Shown: positions 39,373-51,975 of the stretch, piece by piece | Layout of the letters: the number at the start of each line of letters is the position of its first letter | Numbering within the stretch: position 1 is the stretch's first letter | NCBI GenBank assembly: GCA_951406725.2 | Contig: OX597814.1 | Location: 53,878,001 to 53,942,000, forward strand | DNA: 64,000 bases | Source: Octopus vulgaris | Taxonomy: Eukaryota | Direction: 5' to 3' | Notes under the pieces: generated by a model | The model's database searches: none | What the model was told of the DNA's origin: nothing | What the model saw: only the letters and a program-made list of their open reading frames with translations | Made by a program: the position numbers and the translations under genes

Positions 39373-40733
39373 CTATAAAAATAACAGGAATATTGAAAAT
39401 ACAATAATAAAATTTAGCAAAATTAGTAACCATGTTAAAGGCTTAAATGAAAACATAGGTTTGTAAACATTCATAGCACAATGGTTATTTTTTTTTGTGT
39501 ATCTCTCAAATCTTTCCACTTTTTTTATGCAGTCTTGTGTATTCTGTATTACTTCTCAACTCATCAAAATAAGAGGAATCCAACAATGAGCAAGACAGCA
39601 AATGGATCATAACTTGGATAGTTTCACAGTCACAGAAAGAGCATACAACACTATACTCCCATTTTACTTTGGTGTCTCAGGTTTAGCCAAAGCTAACACA
39701 GAGTTAAGGCTTTAAAACTTGTTCCATGCAGACTGAGTTCTTTGAAAAATCTCTGCTGGTTCTTTCAATATATCTGGCAGAGTAAGATGTGGCACAGTAA
39801 GTCAGAATAGTTATGACTGCAGTTCACAATTAACTATATTTTTTTAGATTATTTAGAGTTTGGTTACTGACCTTGCTCACATTTTATTTCTAGAAGTTAG
39901 TCAGGGAAGGAAATGATGTGCCCATATCTTTGCAGGCCTTCTCAGACTGGTAAAGTTTAATGTGCAAGCTTGAACATTCAATGATCAAGAACAGATATCA
40001 TGTAGTAGAGATAAAAGAGAGAAAACTGCACATCAGTAAGTAGTTCCAATGTGCTGGTGAGTGAAAAACTTCCAATAATTCAAAGAGTCTTCTTTTGGAT
40101 GTGATGTAGGATGTCAATACTTACATCACCAGTACCACCATCCCCAACATGTGAGCAATACTCTAAGATTAGTTTACTTGAACTTTGTAGAGAAACACTA
40201 ACTGATGACAGCCGCCAGTTTAGTGATGTTATATAGATGGGGGAGCCGTGAGAAATCAAAAATCAAGAAGCCAAGCATTTATTGCAAATTTGTGATGTAC
40301 ATAACTACAGAAGTGATATGTGAGTCTGTATAAAGATATATGTAGCAACCATGTTTGTTGTATTGAAAGAGATTACATTTTGATGTCATCATTGAATAAT
40401 GTTCTTGAGGTTACTGTTCATGGAGGGCAAGCAAGTTTGGTGTGAAGTTTCTATATCTGCTCGATTTGAGATGACCTGGGACTAAACATACTTTTAAGTA
40501 ATGCAATTAACATCTAATTGTAGCTTTGAAAAAAATAGTCAAAACTAATTTCCATTTTTTTAAATGACATTCTTCAGCAGTAGTCAGAGCTAGATATACA
40601 TGACTTAAAGTGATAGATCACATAGCAAATGGTGAAAGATGACACATAGAAGATAGGATGGATGGTATACCGATATTTCAATTACAATAATATTGATGTT
40701 TTTGATAAGTAAAAATGAAGCCAAACTACTTAC

Positions 40734-40910
40734 TGCATAATAATCTGCAACAGCTCGTACTTGTTCATAATCATCTGCTCTGCCTAGCATATTAAGGCCG
40801 TCAGGGTACAGTTTACCCAAACGTGGATACAACTTAGCACGATCTTCTTTGGTTAGCTCTGTCCCAAACGAATTAATGGTAATAACAAAGGCTCTTCTAT
40901 CAGCTTCAAA
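40734..40910 (-). CDS. ATP6V0D1: V-ATPase subunit d, exon 6 ([19 protein letters not shown]...VADYYA)
   Basis: 177 nt, cag/gtaagt; lies within ORF 40605-40925. Confidence 0.97.
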
Positions 40911-42625
40911 CTGCAAAATACACAATGTAAAATGTCACACAGTTACTTTTTGTTTCATTTTTATTGATATTGTTATTGTCTTTTCCAGTTTTGAGTTCAT
41001 TTTGCAATTGTATTTTCTATTATTGTAATCACATTTTATGTGGCTGGGGCAATTTCATAAATACATCGATAGTCAATTATTGCTGTAATAAAAAATTTTT
41101 TTTAATATTCTTAATTGAATTTGATATAGTTTTTTTTCCACTACAATCCTTATTTATCATCAATAATATATTCTCCTTCATTGTTAAGGATTTCTTACCA
41201 ACATTCCACAATCCTATCAATGCCTTGATGGTAAAAATAACTGTCTTGAGTCAAAGATAAAAAAATAAGGTTTAAATTAAATGGGGGTGGAAAAAATAAT
41301 TCAAATGAATTTATCTGACAACCCAACAGCTTTTATTTTTTTCTCAATAACATAGCCTAATCTATCTCTTAGTCTAACTTAATTTTACTGCACAAGATTG
41401 CTAGTCTCAGTTTTCATTTTTCTGGTGAAAGGGAAAGACAAAATAAGGTTTTCTATAACCAAAAGCTATCATAATTGCCCTATTTTCAAAATAACCTTTA
41501 GTTTCACCCCATGTTTTTTGTTCTTAAGGACTTCTTGACTTTTATATATAATATAAAGGCTGAAAAACCAATTAAGAAATTGAAGAATACTTAAGGTCAG
41601 ATAATCTATATCTTTAAGAATCCAGAGAATATTTTATGTTTTTGGACTGAAGTTAATATTTTATGTGCTATAACCTAATAACTGATTGGCAAACTCTTGT
41701 TCACAAACACCAACCCATCGAGAGCACTGTATCCTCTCTCTACTTCTTTTATCACCACTAACTATACCTCTGAATTGGCATGCTATGTATCTTGTAACAG
41801 TTAACTAGCCTTTTTTCATAATCCTTTGTATTGAACATTTCAATCATTCCTTCTAGGACTCCTTCCCTGCCCATATTTTCTCCATATGTGACAAAAGTTT
41901 AAGCTCAACATTAATAGCACCAATCTTCTGAACTTCTCAAGTTGCTCTTTCTCTTCTCTAAATACTAAAAATAAATTGCATCTGCTGATCTCTTGAATTT
42001 AAACCTTACACTATCACTGTATTCTGTCTCAAACAAAGATACATAATCCTACCTTAAGTCTAGTTGACTAGTGGTACCACATCAAAACTTATATCAATAT
42101 GAGCATTTAGTGGTAGAAAGGATATTTAGCTCTAACAATCCACCCTACCTATTTAAACAGAGAAAACTGAATAGGGAAAGAGAAAAAAAAACACTAACTT
42201 ATAAGGTATAAAAATTAAAAAGCCCTTAAAACAAAAGTATATGGTGAGATTAAATGAAGGTTATTTCAAAAACATAGAGCAACCATGGCAAATGACTGTT
42301 CCCATCACTGATTTTTATTTTTATTTAGCCTACATCATATATGGTGTTCTTTTTAGGATGTTTGATTTAAAAAGGATTTGGTTTCTACATCTAGCAAGTT
42401 GTGTGACAATGTAGAGGCTTCTTTCTTAGCTCTATTGTTAAAATCTGCATCAACCCTAGTCAAAGAAATCTAAGGCACACATATGGATGGTAATATTAAT
42501 AACAGATAAGGTATTGACCAATCTCAAGGGTCATGAGTTTGTAACAGTTACAAGTGTTTTGTTGCATCTCTGGCAAAGACAGTAAATTCTCCAGTCTTAC
42601 AGTTTCAGTAACTAGACAGCAGATA

Positions 42626-42693
42626 CAAAACATTTTATGGAGAAACTAAGATTGTCCCAAAACATTTTATAGAGAAACTAAGATTGTCCCAAA
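42626..42693. repeat. 32-bp tandem duplication
   Basis: caaaacattttat(g/a)gagaaactaagattgtcc x2. Confidence 0.9.
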
Positions 42694-42789
42694 CCATGCA
42701 ATAAGCTAGCCAGTAAGTTCCTCCTTAGATTTGGCATGATGGAGGATAGAATAGACTCTCTTGAGAGTGAAATGAAGGAAACAAAGAAC

Positions 42790-43493
42790 AGGTAGGGTGG
42801 TCTTGGCATCTTGATCGACAAAGGGCTGACCTTCAGGAACCACAGAAACCAAGCAACTGCAAAAGCAAATCGAATCCTTGGAATCATCCGACGATCATTT
42901 GACTTCATCACCCCTGTTATCTTCGTCCAGCTGTATAAGTCTCTAGTTCACCCAATTCTTGAATGTGGACACAGTTTGGCAACCCCGGCATAAGGCAATG
43001 TGTTGTGAGTTGGAGGATGTTCAGAGGCATGCCACCAAACTCATTGCATCCTTGAAAGAAAAGCCATACCCAGAGTACTTGGCTGCACTAGACCTGCCTA
43101 GTCTCGAACATCGCTGTCTTAGTGGGGATATGACCAACATGTATAAGTATATGCACAGCCTGTACCTGACCAACCACCCCCAATTCAACTACTTCCAAGG
43201 CAGAAATACGAGAGGACACAGCCTGAAATTGGGAAGATCACACTGTAAGCTCAACATTAGAAGCTGATTTTTCGTACAGCATGACCACCACCTGGAACAA
43301 TCTGCCAAACAGCTCCATCAGTCAATGCCTTCAAGAACAGGCTTGATGCACACTGGAGATTTGACCTTGTCTGTTACTATTAGCTACAACTGTTGAAGTG
43401 TTGTACCACACGACAAATTAATTGTACTAGTGGAAAAGGACCTACGAACAAGCTCCTAGGAGCTTCAACACGGAAATCATCCAGTATCCAGTA
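42790..43493 (+). mobile_element. Decayed CR1-group LINE 3' fragment in intron 5
   Basis: LGILIDKGLTF, KANRILGIIRRSF, LYKSLVHPILE, VQRHATKL, TRGHSLKL with frameshifts. Confidence 0.85.
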
Positions 43494-44456
43494 TTGTTAC
43501 AATGCTACTAAAGTTAAGGCTTAACTAGGATTAGTTCCATACTTACAAATTAGAACAACAATAACTCAGAATTAAATGGGTTGGCATTAAGACATGCATC
43601 CAGCCATAAAACTGCTTCAAAAAATCCCGCCTAACCTATGCCAGCTCAGCAAATTAGACGTAAAAATTTTGATGATGTATACATGAGTATGTGAAATTTA
43701 TTTAAAATCTTGTTTAGTGATTTCTTGAGATCAAAATTTGACAAGGGTGATTGTAGACTAGCAAAAACAAATGTATTTTTTTAAAGGTATTTCAGTATTG
43801 AAAATGTGATTTTAATTGTAGTAATAGCTGAGTCACATAACTGCTCACTACAAAATCACTGGTTTTTAACATAACTGCAGGTTGGGCTGATTTAGCTTTA
43901 ATAGTGGCCAGCTAGAATGATCATCATTCTAATAAGAAATACCCACACACTCTTGCACAACCTATTTCCAACAAAATAACAAAAGCAATGCCAAAAATAG
44001 ACTATGCAAATAAAATGTGGATTCCACAAGCCACATCATAGTCTATTCATGTAGGAAACTGTAACTATGAATAAGAGTTGACAATAAGAACTAATACAGA
44101 GTAGAAGCATTCCTTATAGCCAGTACCATGATAAAATGCATCCAGACAACACTAAGATTACATTATAATCTAGTTGGTTGGTATTCTCAATTGTTGTATG
44201 AGCCAGATGATTCCGACTACAAAACTTTGCAAACTTATAGCAGCATGGAAGAAAAGATATAAAATGATGAGGAATTCTTCAAATGTATGATGAAAAGAAT
44301 ACAAGGCATTTCAGACAGAAGACATACAATTGCCCATAGAACAGAGGTTGTCGATACACTTAGTCCATGAATCAGAAGATCTAAAGAATCAATCACATTG
44401 TAACCATGTAATGTATTCAAGATATTTAATAATACTTTGTATAAAAATATACTTAC

Positions 44457-44534
44457 TTCAAGAGCTTCACACATAACCTCAGCTGTGGCACCACCAAGTT
44501 CTTTACAGAAGTTATAGAAGTCTTCAAGATATGC
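44457..44534 (-). CDS. ATP6V0D1: V-ATPase subunit d, exon 5 ([26 protein letters not shown])
   Basis: 78 nt, aag acceptor, gtaagt donor. Confidence 0.96.
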
Positions 44535-44791
44535 CTTTAAATTAATACATTAAAGTTGAATATAATGAAGTCACAAAATTTTTAATGTACATGTGGAAAT
44601 GAAATATATTTTAAAAACTAATAAGCACATGTTATTGAGTAACTTTGATCAACTCTAAACAATAGTTTCACACAAAAATAAGAATTCAAATAGCTAAGAG
44701 TAATCTGAGAGAGAGTCAAGATCAACAAGCATTATGACTAAAGTATTTAAGCTTCATCCATATCAACTTGGAACACATAAGAAGAGTAATA

Positions 44792-45000
44792 TTAGTTTTA
44801 AATTTTAGCACAAGGCCAGCAATTTCAAGGGAATGGATAAATTGATTACATCAACCCCAGTACTCATCTGGTACTTATTGACCCCAAAAGGATAAAAGGC
44901 AAAGTTGACCCCAGCAGCATTTGAACTCAGAAAAAAGTCGGAAGAAATGCCACTAAGTATTTTGTCTGGTGCAGTAACAATTCTGCCAGCTCACTGCCTC
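44792..45000 (-). mobile_element. SINE family B copy
   Basis: Consensus match. Confidence 0.8.
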
Positions 45001-45795
45001 ACACAAGAGCAATATTGATAACAGCTCATAAGGAAACCTTTTTAGATTAGAAGATCATGGAGTATTAATGTGATTGGTGAAACTAACAAGTTACATAGTA
45101 CAATTAGTTCTTAGAATGAAACAATGTATGCTGCAGGATTATATTGAAAAATATGAGATGAGATTTTTGATAGGAGTGGCTGCAAGATACGTCTCTCAGA
45201 AGCATCATCAGTAATCTAGAATGTTTTGGACTAGTCAACATTCAGTAATGCAGCATATGGCACCCCAACCTTTACTAACCAGTGATTCCAAACCCAACCA
45301 GAGCATCACAGACTGATTGACCTGCAAACTCCCAGCAGCCCACTTCAATTGGCTCACAGTGAGCCCACCAGTTTCAGCTTCTGCACTGCTCTTCTTCCTA
45401 GTGTTTGATAAGCTTACACTTGCGAGCTTCTACTAAGAGTCCTTCCCAGGGAACAAAATTCCTAGTTGTCTATAAATGAGAGGTTATGGATACACTCTTC
45501 AGTCCATAAATGAGAGGGTGCACAGAATCAATCAGATTGTGACTACAAATAATGGTTTATTCAAAGTATATTCTAATAACCTCAGTTAACTTGACTGGAC
45601 AATAAATACCATACCTACTTTATAAATAAGTAACATGTAAGGGATATCTAGCAATAAAACTAAGAATTGCTCTAGTCATTTGATCAGATGTTTAAATGCG
45701 CAAAAGTATTGCATTAAAACAAAGAGTTGAATGAAAAAAGAATTAAAAAGAAAAGAAAAAAGGAATTAAAACAAAAAAAAAAACAATATATTTAC

Positions 45796-45875
45796 CTTGT
45801 AGAGAGTATTTCTTATGATTTCAACATTCATTTCATCAAGATCTTGTTCAGAAATACAATCAATGAAATATGGTG
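45796..45875 (-). CDS. ATP6V0D1: V-ATPase subunit d, exon 4 ([27 protein letters not shown])
   Basis: 80 nt, cag/gtaaat. Confidence 0.97.
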
Positions 45876-46356
45876 CTGAAAACAGACAAGTAGTAGTAAT
45901 TGTAGTAATAATCAGGACTACACTCTCCAATGTCACCACAATCTCATTGCTATCAACATACTCCAACATGCTACCCATGTACCATTCCTACATAAATCCA
46001 TATAAATAATCTCATGCACATGTATCTTTTACAATGATAAGCAGTGAATGAATATGAATAACTTAGAACCCTGCACTCATATAGGCATGTAATACAAATG
46101 GATCTAATCTGTTAGAGAGCATCTTGTATCGACCACTTGAATATTTCATCATTATCATTTAGCATCCATTTTCCATACTAGCATAGGTAAAACACTATAA
46201 CTGGGGCTGCTAAGCCAGAAAACTGCACCATGCTCCAGTTTGTTTTGGCTTGGTTTTTACAGTTGGATGCCCTTCCTAATGCCAACCACTCCATAGAGTG
46301 TACTGAGTGCTTTTTATGTATCACCAGCATGAGTGTTTTTACATGTCGCTGACAAG

Positions 46357-46590
46357 GGTGCCTTTCACGGATCACCCGCACAGGTGCCTTTCACAAATCA
46401 CTCACATAGATGCCTTTCACGAGTCGCCCGCACAGATGCCTTTCACGAGTCACCCGCATAGATGCCTTTTACGAGTCACTTGCATAGATGCCTTTTACGA
46501 GTCACCTGCATAGATGCCTTTTACGAGTCACCTGCATAGATGCCTTTTACGAGTCACCCACACAGGTGTCTTTTACGAGTCACCAGCACA
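46357..46590. repeat. 26-bp minisatellite (~9 units) at the end of an RTE-tail element (46147-46590, minus)
   Basis: Unit gatgccttttacgagtcacctgcata, starting at 46357, 46383, 46409, 46435, 46461, 46487, 46513, 46539 and 46565. Confidence 0.92.
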
Positions 46591-46611
46591 AGTGAGAATT
46601 GCTAAACTTAC

Positions 46612-46790
46612 CAAGAGGGGTGTCAACCAAGACAGCATTGTAGAGTTCAGCTGGAGTGGAAGCAATATGGATGGCTTCCATCTGTTCAAAACTTCCCAGT
46701 GGATGGCTCTTGGGAATCAGTTCAGAAATTGGTCGCTGATGAACAGTACCAGTAATTAATAGAGTGATGTTGTCAATCATGTAGCTGTAC
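46612..46790 (-). CDS. ATP6V0D1: V-ATPase subunit d, exon 3 ([19 protein letters not shown]...AVLVDTPL)
   Basis: 179 nt, cag/gtaagt. Confidence 0.97.
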
Positions 46791-47844
46791 CTGAAACAGA
46801 AACAAATCAATTACTTATTGCATTCACTGAATGCCTTATGACCATACTCACTAGTAACAACACATAGCCAACACCATTAACACCATCACAAAGAATATTT
46901 TTCAAATTAATATAGGGCAGTGATTCTCTAACAGTATATTGGAAGGGGTAACTAGGAGCAACTCAGATTTTTAAAATATAACTGAAGGCTTTAGAAAATC
47001 TATACAAATGCTTCAGTATCTTTATAAATGCTACATTCATTATTTTTCCATGTTTATCACACATCTGATAAAACACAGGTATACTCACACTAACTGCTGA
47101 TACCATATAAATTAGATTTACATGTAGAGAGAAAGATTGAATGGTAGACATCCTCTCCCTCTCTCTCCATACATAGCATTTTAACCTCACATGTTCTTTT
47201 CTAGCTTTTGCTCCACTCTATAAGAACAGTCACTTTCTGCGATACATCTTCCTCATAAAAATATCTCCCAAGTATTTCACCACCCTCTCATAAATACTCT
47301 TTCTTCTTGCTTCCAGTTTTCTCTACTTCTCTCACTGCTTTCTGTCAGTTACATAGCTGCAAATTCCTACACTTTCTTTTTAGTTTTACCCCAACTCTAA
47401 TAAATATATGATAGTTATGCTTGTCTACAACTATCATGTGATGCAAAGACAAAGAGACAGACAGACATACAAATATATACACACACGCGCATGTGAGGGG
47501 CTTCTTTGTTTTTGTCTACCAAATCCATTCACAAGGCTTTGATCAACATGAAGCGTTAATGAAAGACACTTAAGATGCCATGCAGTAGGACTGAACTTGA
47601 AACCATGTGGTTAGGAAGCGAACTTCTTAACCACACAGCTATACCTATGCCTTTGTCTATCTCAATTCAATTTTCAACATATTTATTTGCAATAGAACTT
47701 TCTTCATTGACCAACATTAAATGAAAAAGAATAAAGAAAATCAAAATCAATGGGGAAAGACGTTTGTGTCCAACAGTTAAAAAATTGCTGCAGAAAATCA
47801 AGCTCATGTTTTATACAAGCAGGACAAATTTTAAAAAGTATATA

Positions 47845-49340
47845 TGATTGATTGATTGATTCTAGTTTCAGCTCATGAGCTGTGGCCATGCTGGGGCACC
47901 GCCATTTGGTGTTGCTATATGGTTTTACTTCACGAAAGCTTTTTAGCAACTGCCATTTGGTGCATGAGAGAGTTCGATGCAGCTGCCCTCATCTGCACCT
48001 CCTGCCGTGAAGTTGGTTCATCTGGGATACCTGACAGGAAGAGATCCAGTTTCATTTTAAAGACATCTGCATCCACCCCATGCAGGTCTCTTAGGTTCTT
48101 CGGGAGGATATTGAAGAGCTGTGGGCCTCGCAAGCCCAGGCTATCACAGTATCTTGTCCTACATCTTGATGGCAAATTTGGAGTCCTAGGCACCATGCAG
48201 TGGCGCCCAGTTCTGGCATTTGTGTAACTCTCGATGCCAAAGTTTGGGACAAGTCCCTCCAGGATCTTCCAGATGTATATTATGGCATATCTTTCCCACC
48301 TACGCTCCAAGGAATATAGTTTTAATCTCTTGAGTCTTTCCCAGTAGCTTATATTCTGCATAGAGGCTATCTTCTTCGTGTAGCTACGTTGGATCGTCTC
48401 AAGTTCTGTGATCAACTTGACACTGGATGGTGACCATAACTGAGAGCAATAGTCAAAGTGGCTTAGGACAAGTGTCCTCCAGAGGACCATCATGGTTTCT
48501 TGTTCTCTTGTTCTAAAGGTTCTGAGAATCCACCCGGCCAGTCGTCTACATTTCATTGCCAATTTAGCAACATGTACACGGAAGGTTGCGTCATCACTCA
48601 TGTAAATACCCAAGTCACGCACTGATTGTGCCTCTGGGATTGCAATTCCTCCGGGTCCAGTGTATTCACTGGGTATTGCATTTAGTTTTGCATGCTGATA
48701 GTATAAAGCTTGAAACTTTTCAGCATTGAACTGCATGCTATTCTTTTCAGCCCACTTGTATATTTTGTCCAGCTCACATTGCAGGCGTTTAGTGTCCTCA
48801 GGGTTCTGTATTGCCTGTGAAACTTTTGTATCATCTGCATAACTTGTGATCGTGGCTCTCTGCGTGGCTGAGAGCATGTCTGAGAGGGCCATTATGAACA
48901 GTAGTGGTCCCAAAACAGTGCCCTGCGGAACACCGCTCACTATTTGCGTGTTAATGGAAGTGGCCCCATTGGCTACTACCACCTGACTTCTATCTTTCAG
49001 AAAGTCATGAAGCCATTCTCCCAGTTTTCCAACTATGTTGAGATCACGCAGTTTGTGACATATCATTCCATGATCGACTTAATCAAAGGCCTTTGCAAAG
49101 TCGAGATATATCACTTCCATATTTGAGTGGTTGAGCAGTCGTTTCAGCACCCAGTCATAGTGTTGTAGGAGCTGAGTTAAACAGCTTCTCCCTGGTCGGA
49201 AACCATGTTGGGTGTCGGGCAGCAAGTCAATTTTCTTCAAGGAAGGTGATCAGTTTCCTTCTGACTATTCGTTCCATGACCTTGCTGATGTGTGAGGTCA
49301 GAGAGATAGGTCTGTAGTTCTTGGCCTCCGCTCTGCTACT
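47845..49340 (-). mobile_element. 5'-truncated CR1/L2-group LINE (RT domain) with (ATCA)n tail, sense to the host gene in intron 2
   Basis: NYRPISLTSHISKVMERI, QHGFRPGRSC, YLDFAKAFD*VDH, SGVPQGTVLGPLLF, YADD, RDLGI, IPDEP. One nonsense codon and a frameshift precede the 378-aa ORF. Confidence 0.93.
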
Positions 49341-49879
49341 GTATTTTTTTCCTAAAGATATAACTCTAAACAATTTTTTCTTAATTTCCTTTGTGATGGG
49401 TGCCAGTAATTTTTAAATGTTACAAATTCAAAAAGCTTGAGAATGAATGAGAAGAAATGATAACCATTTCACTCAAAGTGTTTGGTTTTCATTTTACACT
49501 TGAAACCCACCAATATCAAGAACATGTGCCACCTATATGAACTAAAGAGGAAAGCCTCTATGTAGTTATTTGATCTGCTAGAAACAGCAACCAAACTCAC
49601 CACACACACAGAATCACACTCTACCATTTTAAACAAAGTGGGACACTTTGGACAATATAGCTTCAGACATACTATGTCTAAAGATAAGATTGAATAGTCA
49701 AAGTTGGGACACCCCAGATTACAGCTCAGTTTGATCTAGACACGGTGCTAAACAACTTGCATTATTTGAAACACTATGAATTAAAACTGGATTTGCAGAC
49801 TTGTTTTCCTGGAACTTTATAAGCCAACAGTTACAAAAGATAAACACATGATTACAATAAGAAAAATATGCAACAATAT

Positions 49880-50268
49880 CTTTTACTTGTTTCAGTCATT
49901 AGACTGCAGTCATGCTGGGGCACTGCCTTGAAGAATGTTTAGTCAAAAGACTCAAACCCCAGTACTTTTTTTTTCTAAGCCTGGTACTTATTCAATTGAT
50001 CTCTTTTGATGAACTGCTAAATTACAGGGATGTAAACACACCAACACTGGTTGTCAAGCAGTGATGGGGGACAAACACAAAGACACACACACTTAGATTT
50101 ACATATATACAAGCTTCTTTCAGTTTCCACCTACCAAATCCACTCACAAGGCTTTGGTCAGCCTGAGGATATAGTAGAAGGCATTTGCCTAAGGTGCCAC
50201 ACAATGGGACTGAACCCAGAACCATGTGGTTAGGAAGCAAGCTTCTTACCACACAGCCACACCTACAT
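49880..50268 (-). mobile_element. SINE family A copy (CpG-depleted)
   Basis: Consensus match. Confidence 0.87.
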
Positions 50269-50521
50269 CTATATAATCAAGAAATGATAATACAAAGTTA
50301 AAAAAGCTGGCGTCAGCCTTTAAATAAATTTTAAAATTTATTTAACTTCTCATTTTCTGTGGAATAAAATACAGTTTGTATCCATTAAAATGATTTAAAG
50401 ATACTTAATAAAAATTTACAGAAACATTGGACTAATTGCATTACAATATTTAGTTTCTTCACTTACAATTAATTCTACATTACAAACAGTTATGGTCAAC
50501 TAAGTATTTCCTTCTAACAAG

Positions 50522-50840
50522 TGAAGGTACATGGCTCAGTGGTTAGAGTACTGGGCTCACAATCATGAGGTAGGGAGTTCGATTCCCAGACCAGGCTGTG
50601 TGTTGTGTTCTTGAGCAAGACACTTAATTCTTCATTGCTCCAGTTCACTCAGCTGAAGAAATGAGTTACGCCATGGGTGACAAGCTGCATTTGACCTCTG
50701 TCTTGGATAATATCAGTGGCATGGTGAGAGGAGGCTGGTATGCTGATCTTCCATAAACCTTGCCTGGACTTGTGCCTCAGAGAGTAACTTTCTAGGTGCA
50801 ATCCCATGGTCATTCATGACCAAAGCGGATCATAACCCTT
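50522..50840 (+). mobile_element. tRNA-derived SINE, family C
   Basis: A box tggctcagtgg, B box gagttcgattcc, then ttgagcaagacactt (CORE-like). Confidence 0.8.
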
Positions 50841-51069
50841 ACCCTAGTATTTCCCATAAATAAAACCAATATACTGGGTATCGGTTCAATCTCCTTTAAA
50901 TTCCTCTTTTATTGATTGAGATGTAACACTTCATATGCAATACTTCTTTTATTCAAACAAAAACAAAAAAAAAAATGTCTACAACATCTAACTATATACT
51001 CCAATAAAGGCCAACGATAATTTATAAACTAATACAAACAATTGGTCTTTAATAATATAATTTCACAAA

Positions 51070-51280
51070 ATTCTATTATAGGCTCAAGACATGAAATCTT
51101 GTGGGAGGGGGCTAGTCAATTATGTTGACCCCAAAGTTCAACTTGTTCTTATTTTATTGATCCCCAAAAGTATGTAAGTTAAAGTTGACTTCAACAGAAT
51201 TTGAACTCAGAACGTAAAGCCAGAAGAAATGCTGCTAGGCATGTTATCTGGCATGCTAACAATTCTGCCAGCTTGTCATC
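51070..51280 (-). mobile_element. SINE family B copy
   Basis: Consensus match. Confidence 0.75.
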
Positions 51281-51803
51281 TTGGTGATTTTAATAATAAA
51301 CATTTCTTTAAATACAGTTGATACAGCTTAGATTACAAAATTTGGCATGTCTAGCCAAAATAAACCAAAATTACTAAGAACTGTTCCTTATTATTCCTAA
51401 TAAGACAGAATGTTGAAGAGCATACAAGATATAGATAATTTCTCTAATTATGAATTCCAGTACTATATCTAATGGCATATAAGACACTTTTTCTCACCAC
51501 CCCATCCTCTGGGTCCTATATGGGAAATTGAGTCATCCATAAGCTAATTTTGTCCTTGTTGCTCACTTTTTCCAGAATATGTGCTACTGAAATTGTGTCT
51601 AGTATACATTGGTCCTTTTTTTTTATGTTATCAATGATGGTACATACTAGCAAATATAATAACCAACTTAAGTGAATACAGCAAAAATCGAAGTACATAT
51701 GACATTATATGAGAATGTAAAAACAATTTGAGGACCACAAAACAAATTAGCTTTGTTTGTGGTTCTTGGTAAACTCAAAAATAGTAATTGACATAATACT
51801 CAC

Positions 51804-51975
51804 GTGATGTAGTCAAGGAATGTTGCCAAGGGTTCTAGGGAATGGTTGCGTAGATGTTGGAACTCAATGACTAGCTTATCTCGGAGGCGTTCATCAATCA
51901 CATTCACTGTTAGAGGACTTGGTTCATTTGCCAAGAAGTTACCATAGTCAGTACTTTGGAGATGGAGTTTTAAAT
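51804..51975 (-). CDS. ATP6V0D1: V-ATPase subunit d, exon 2 ([58 protein letters not shown])
   Basis: 172 nt, cag/gtgagt, hand translation. Confidence 0.97.

Noticed and set aside
47930-49066. 378-aa RT ORF as a domesticated host gene
   Set aside because: 5'-truncated, preceded by an in-frame stop and a frameshift, and ends in a LINE tail; an ordinary insertion.
50522-50600. Possible tRNA genes at SINE heads (also 57717-57780)
   Set aside because: A and B boxes are present but no complete cloverleaf or acceptor stem forms, and the sequence runs into repeat bodies.
51800-51807. TCACGTGA E-box overlapping the exon 2 donor
   Set aside because: Fully explained by the Ile-Thr codons plus the GTGAGT donor; 8.6 kb from the start.
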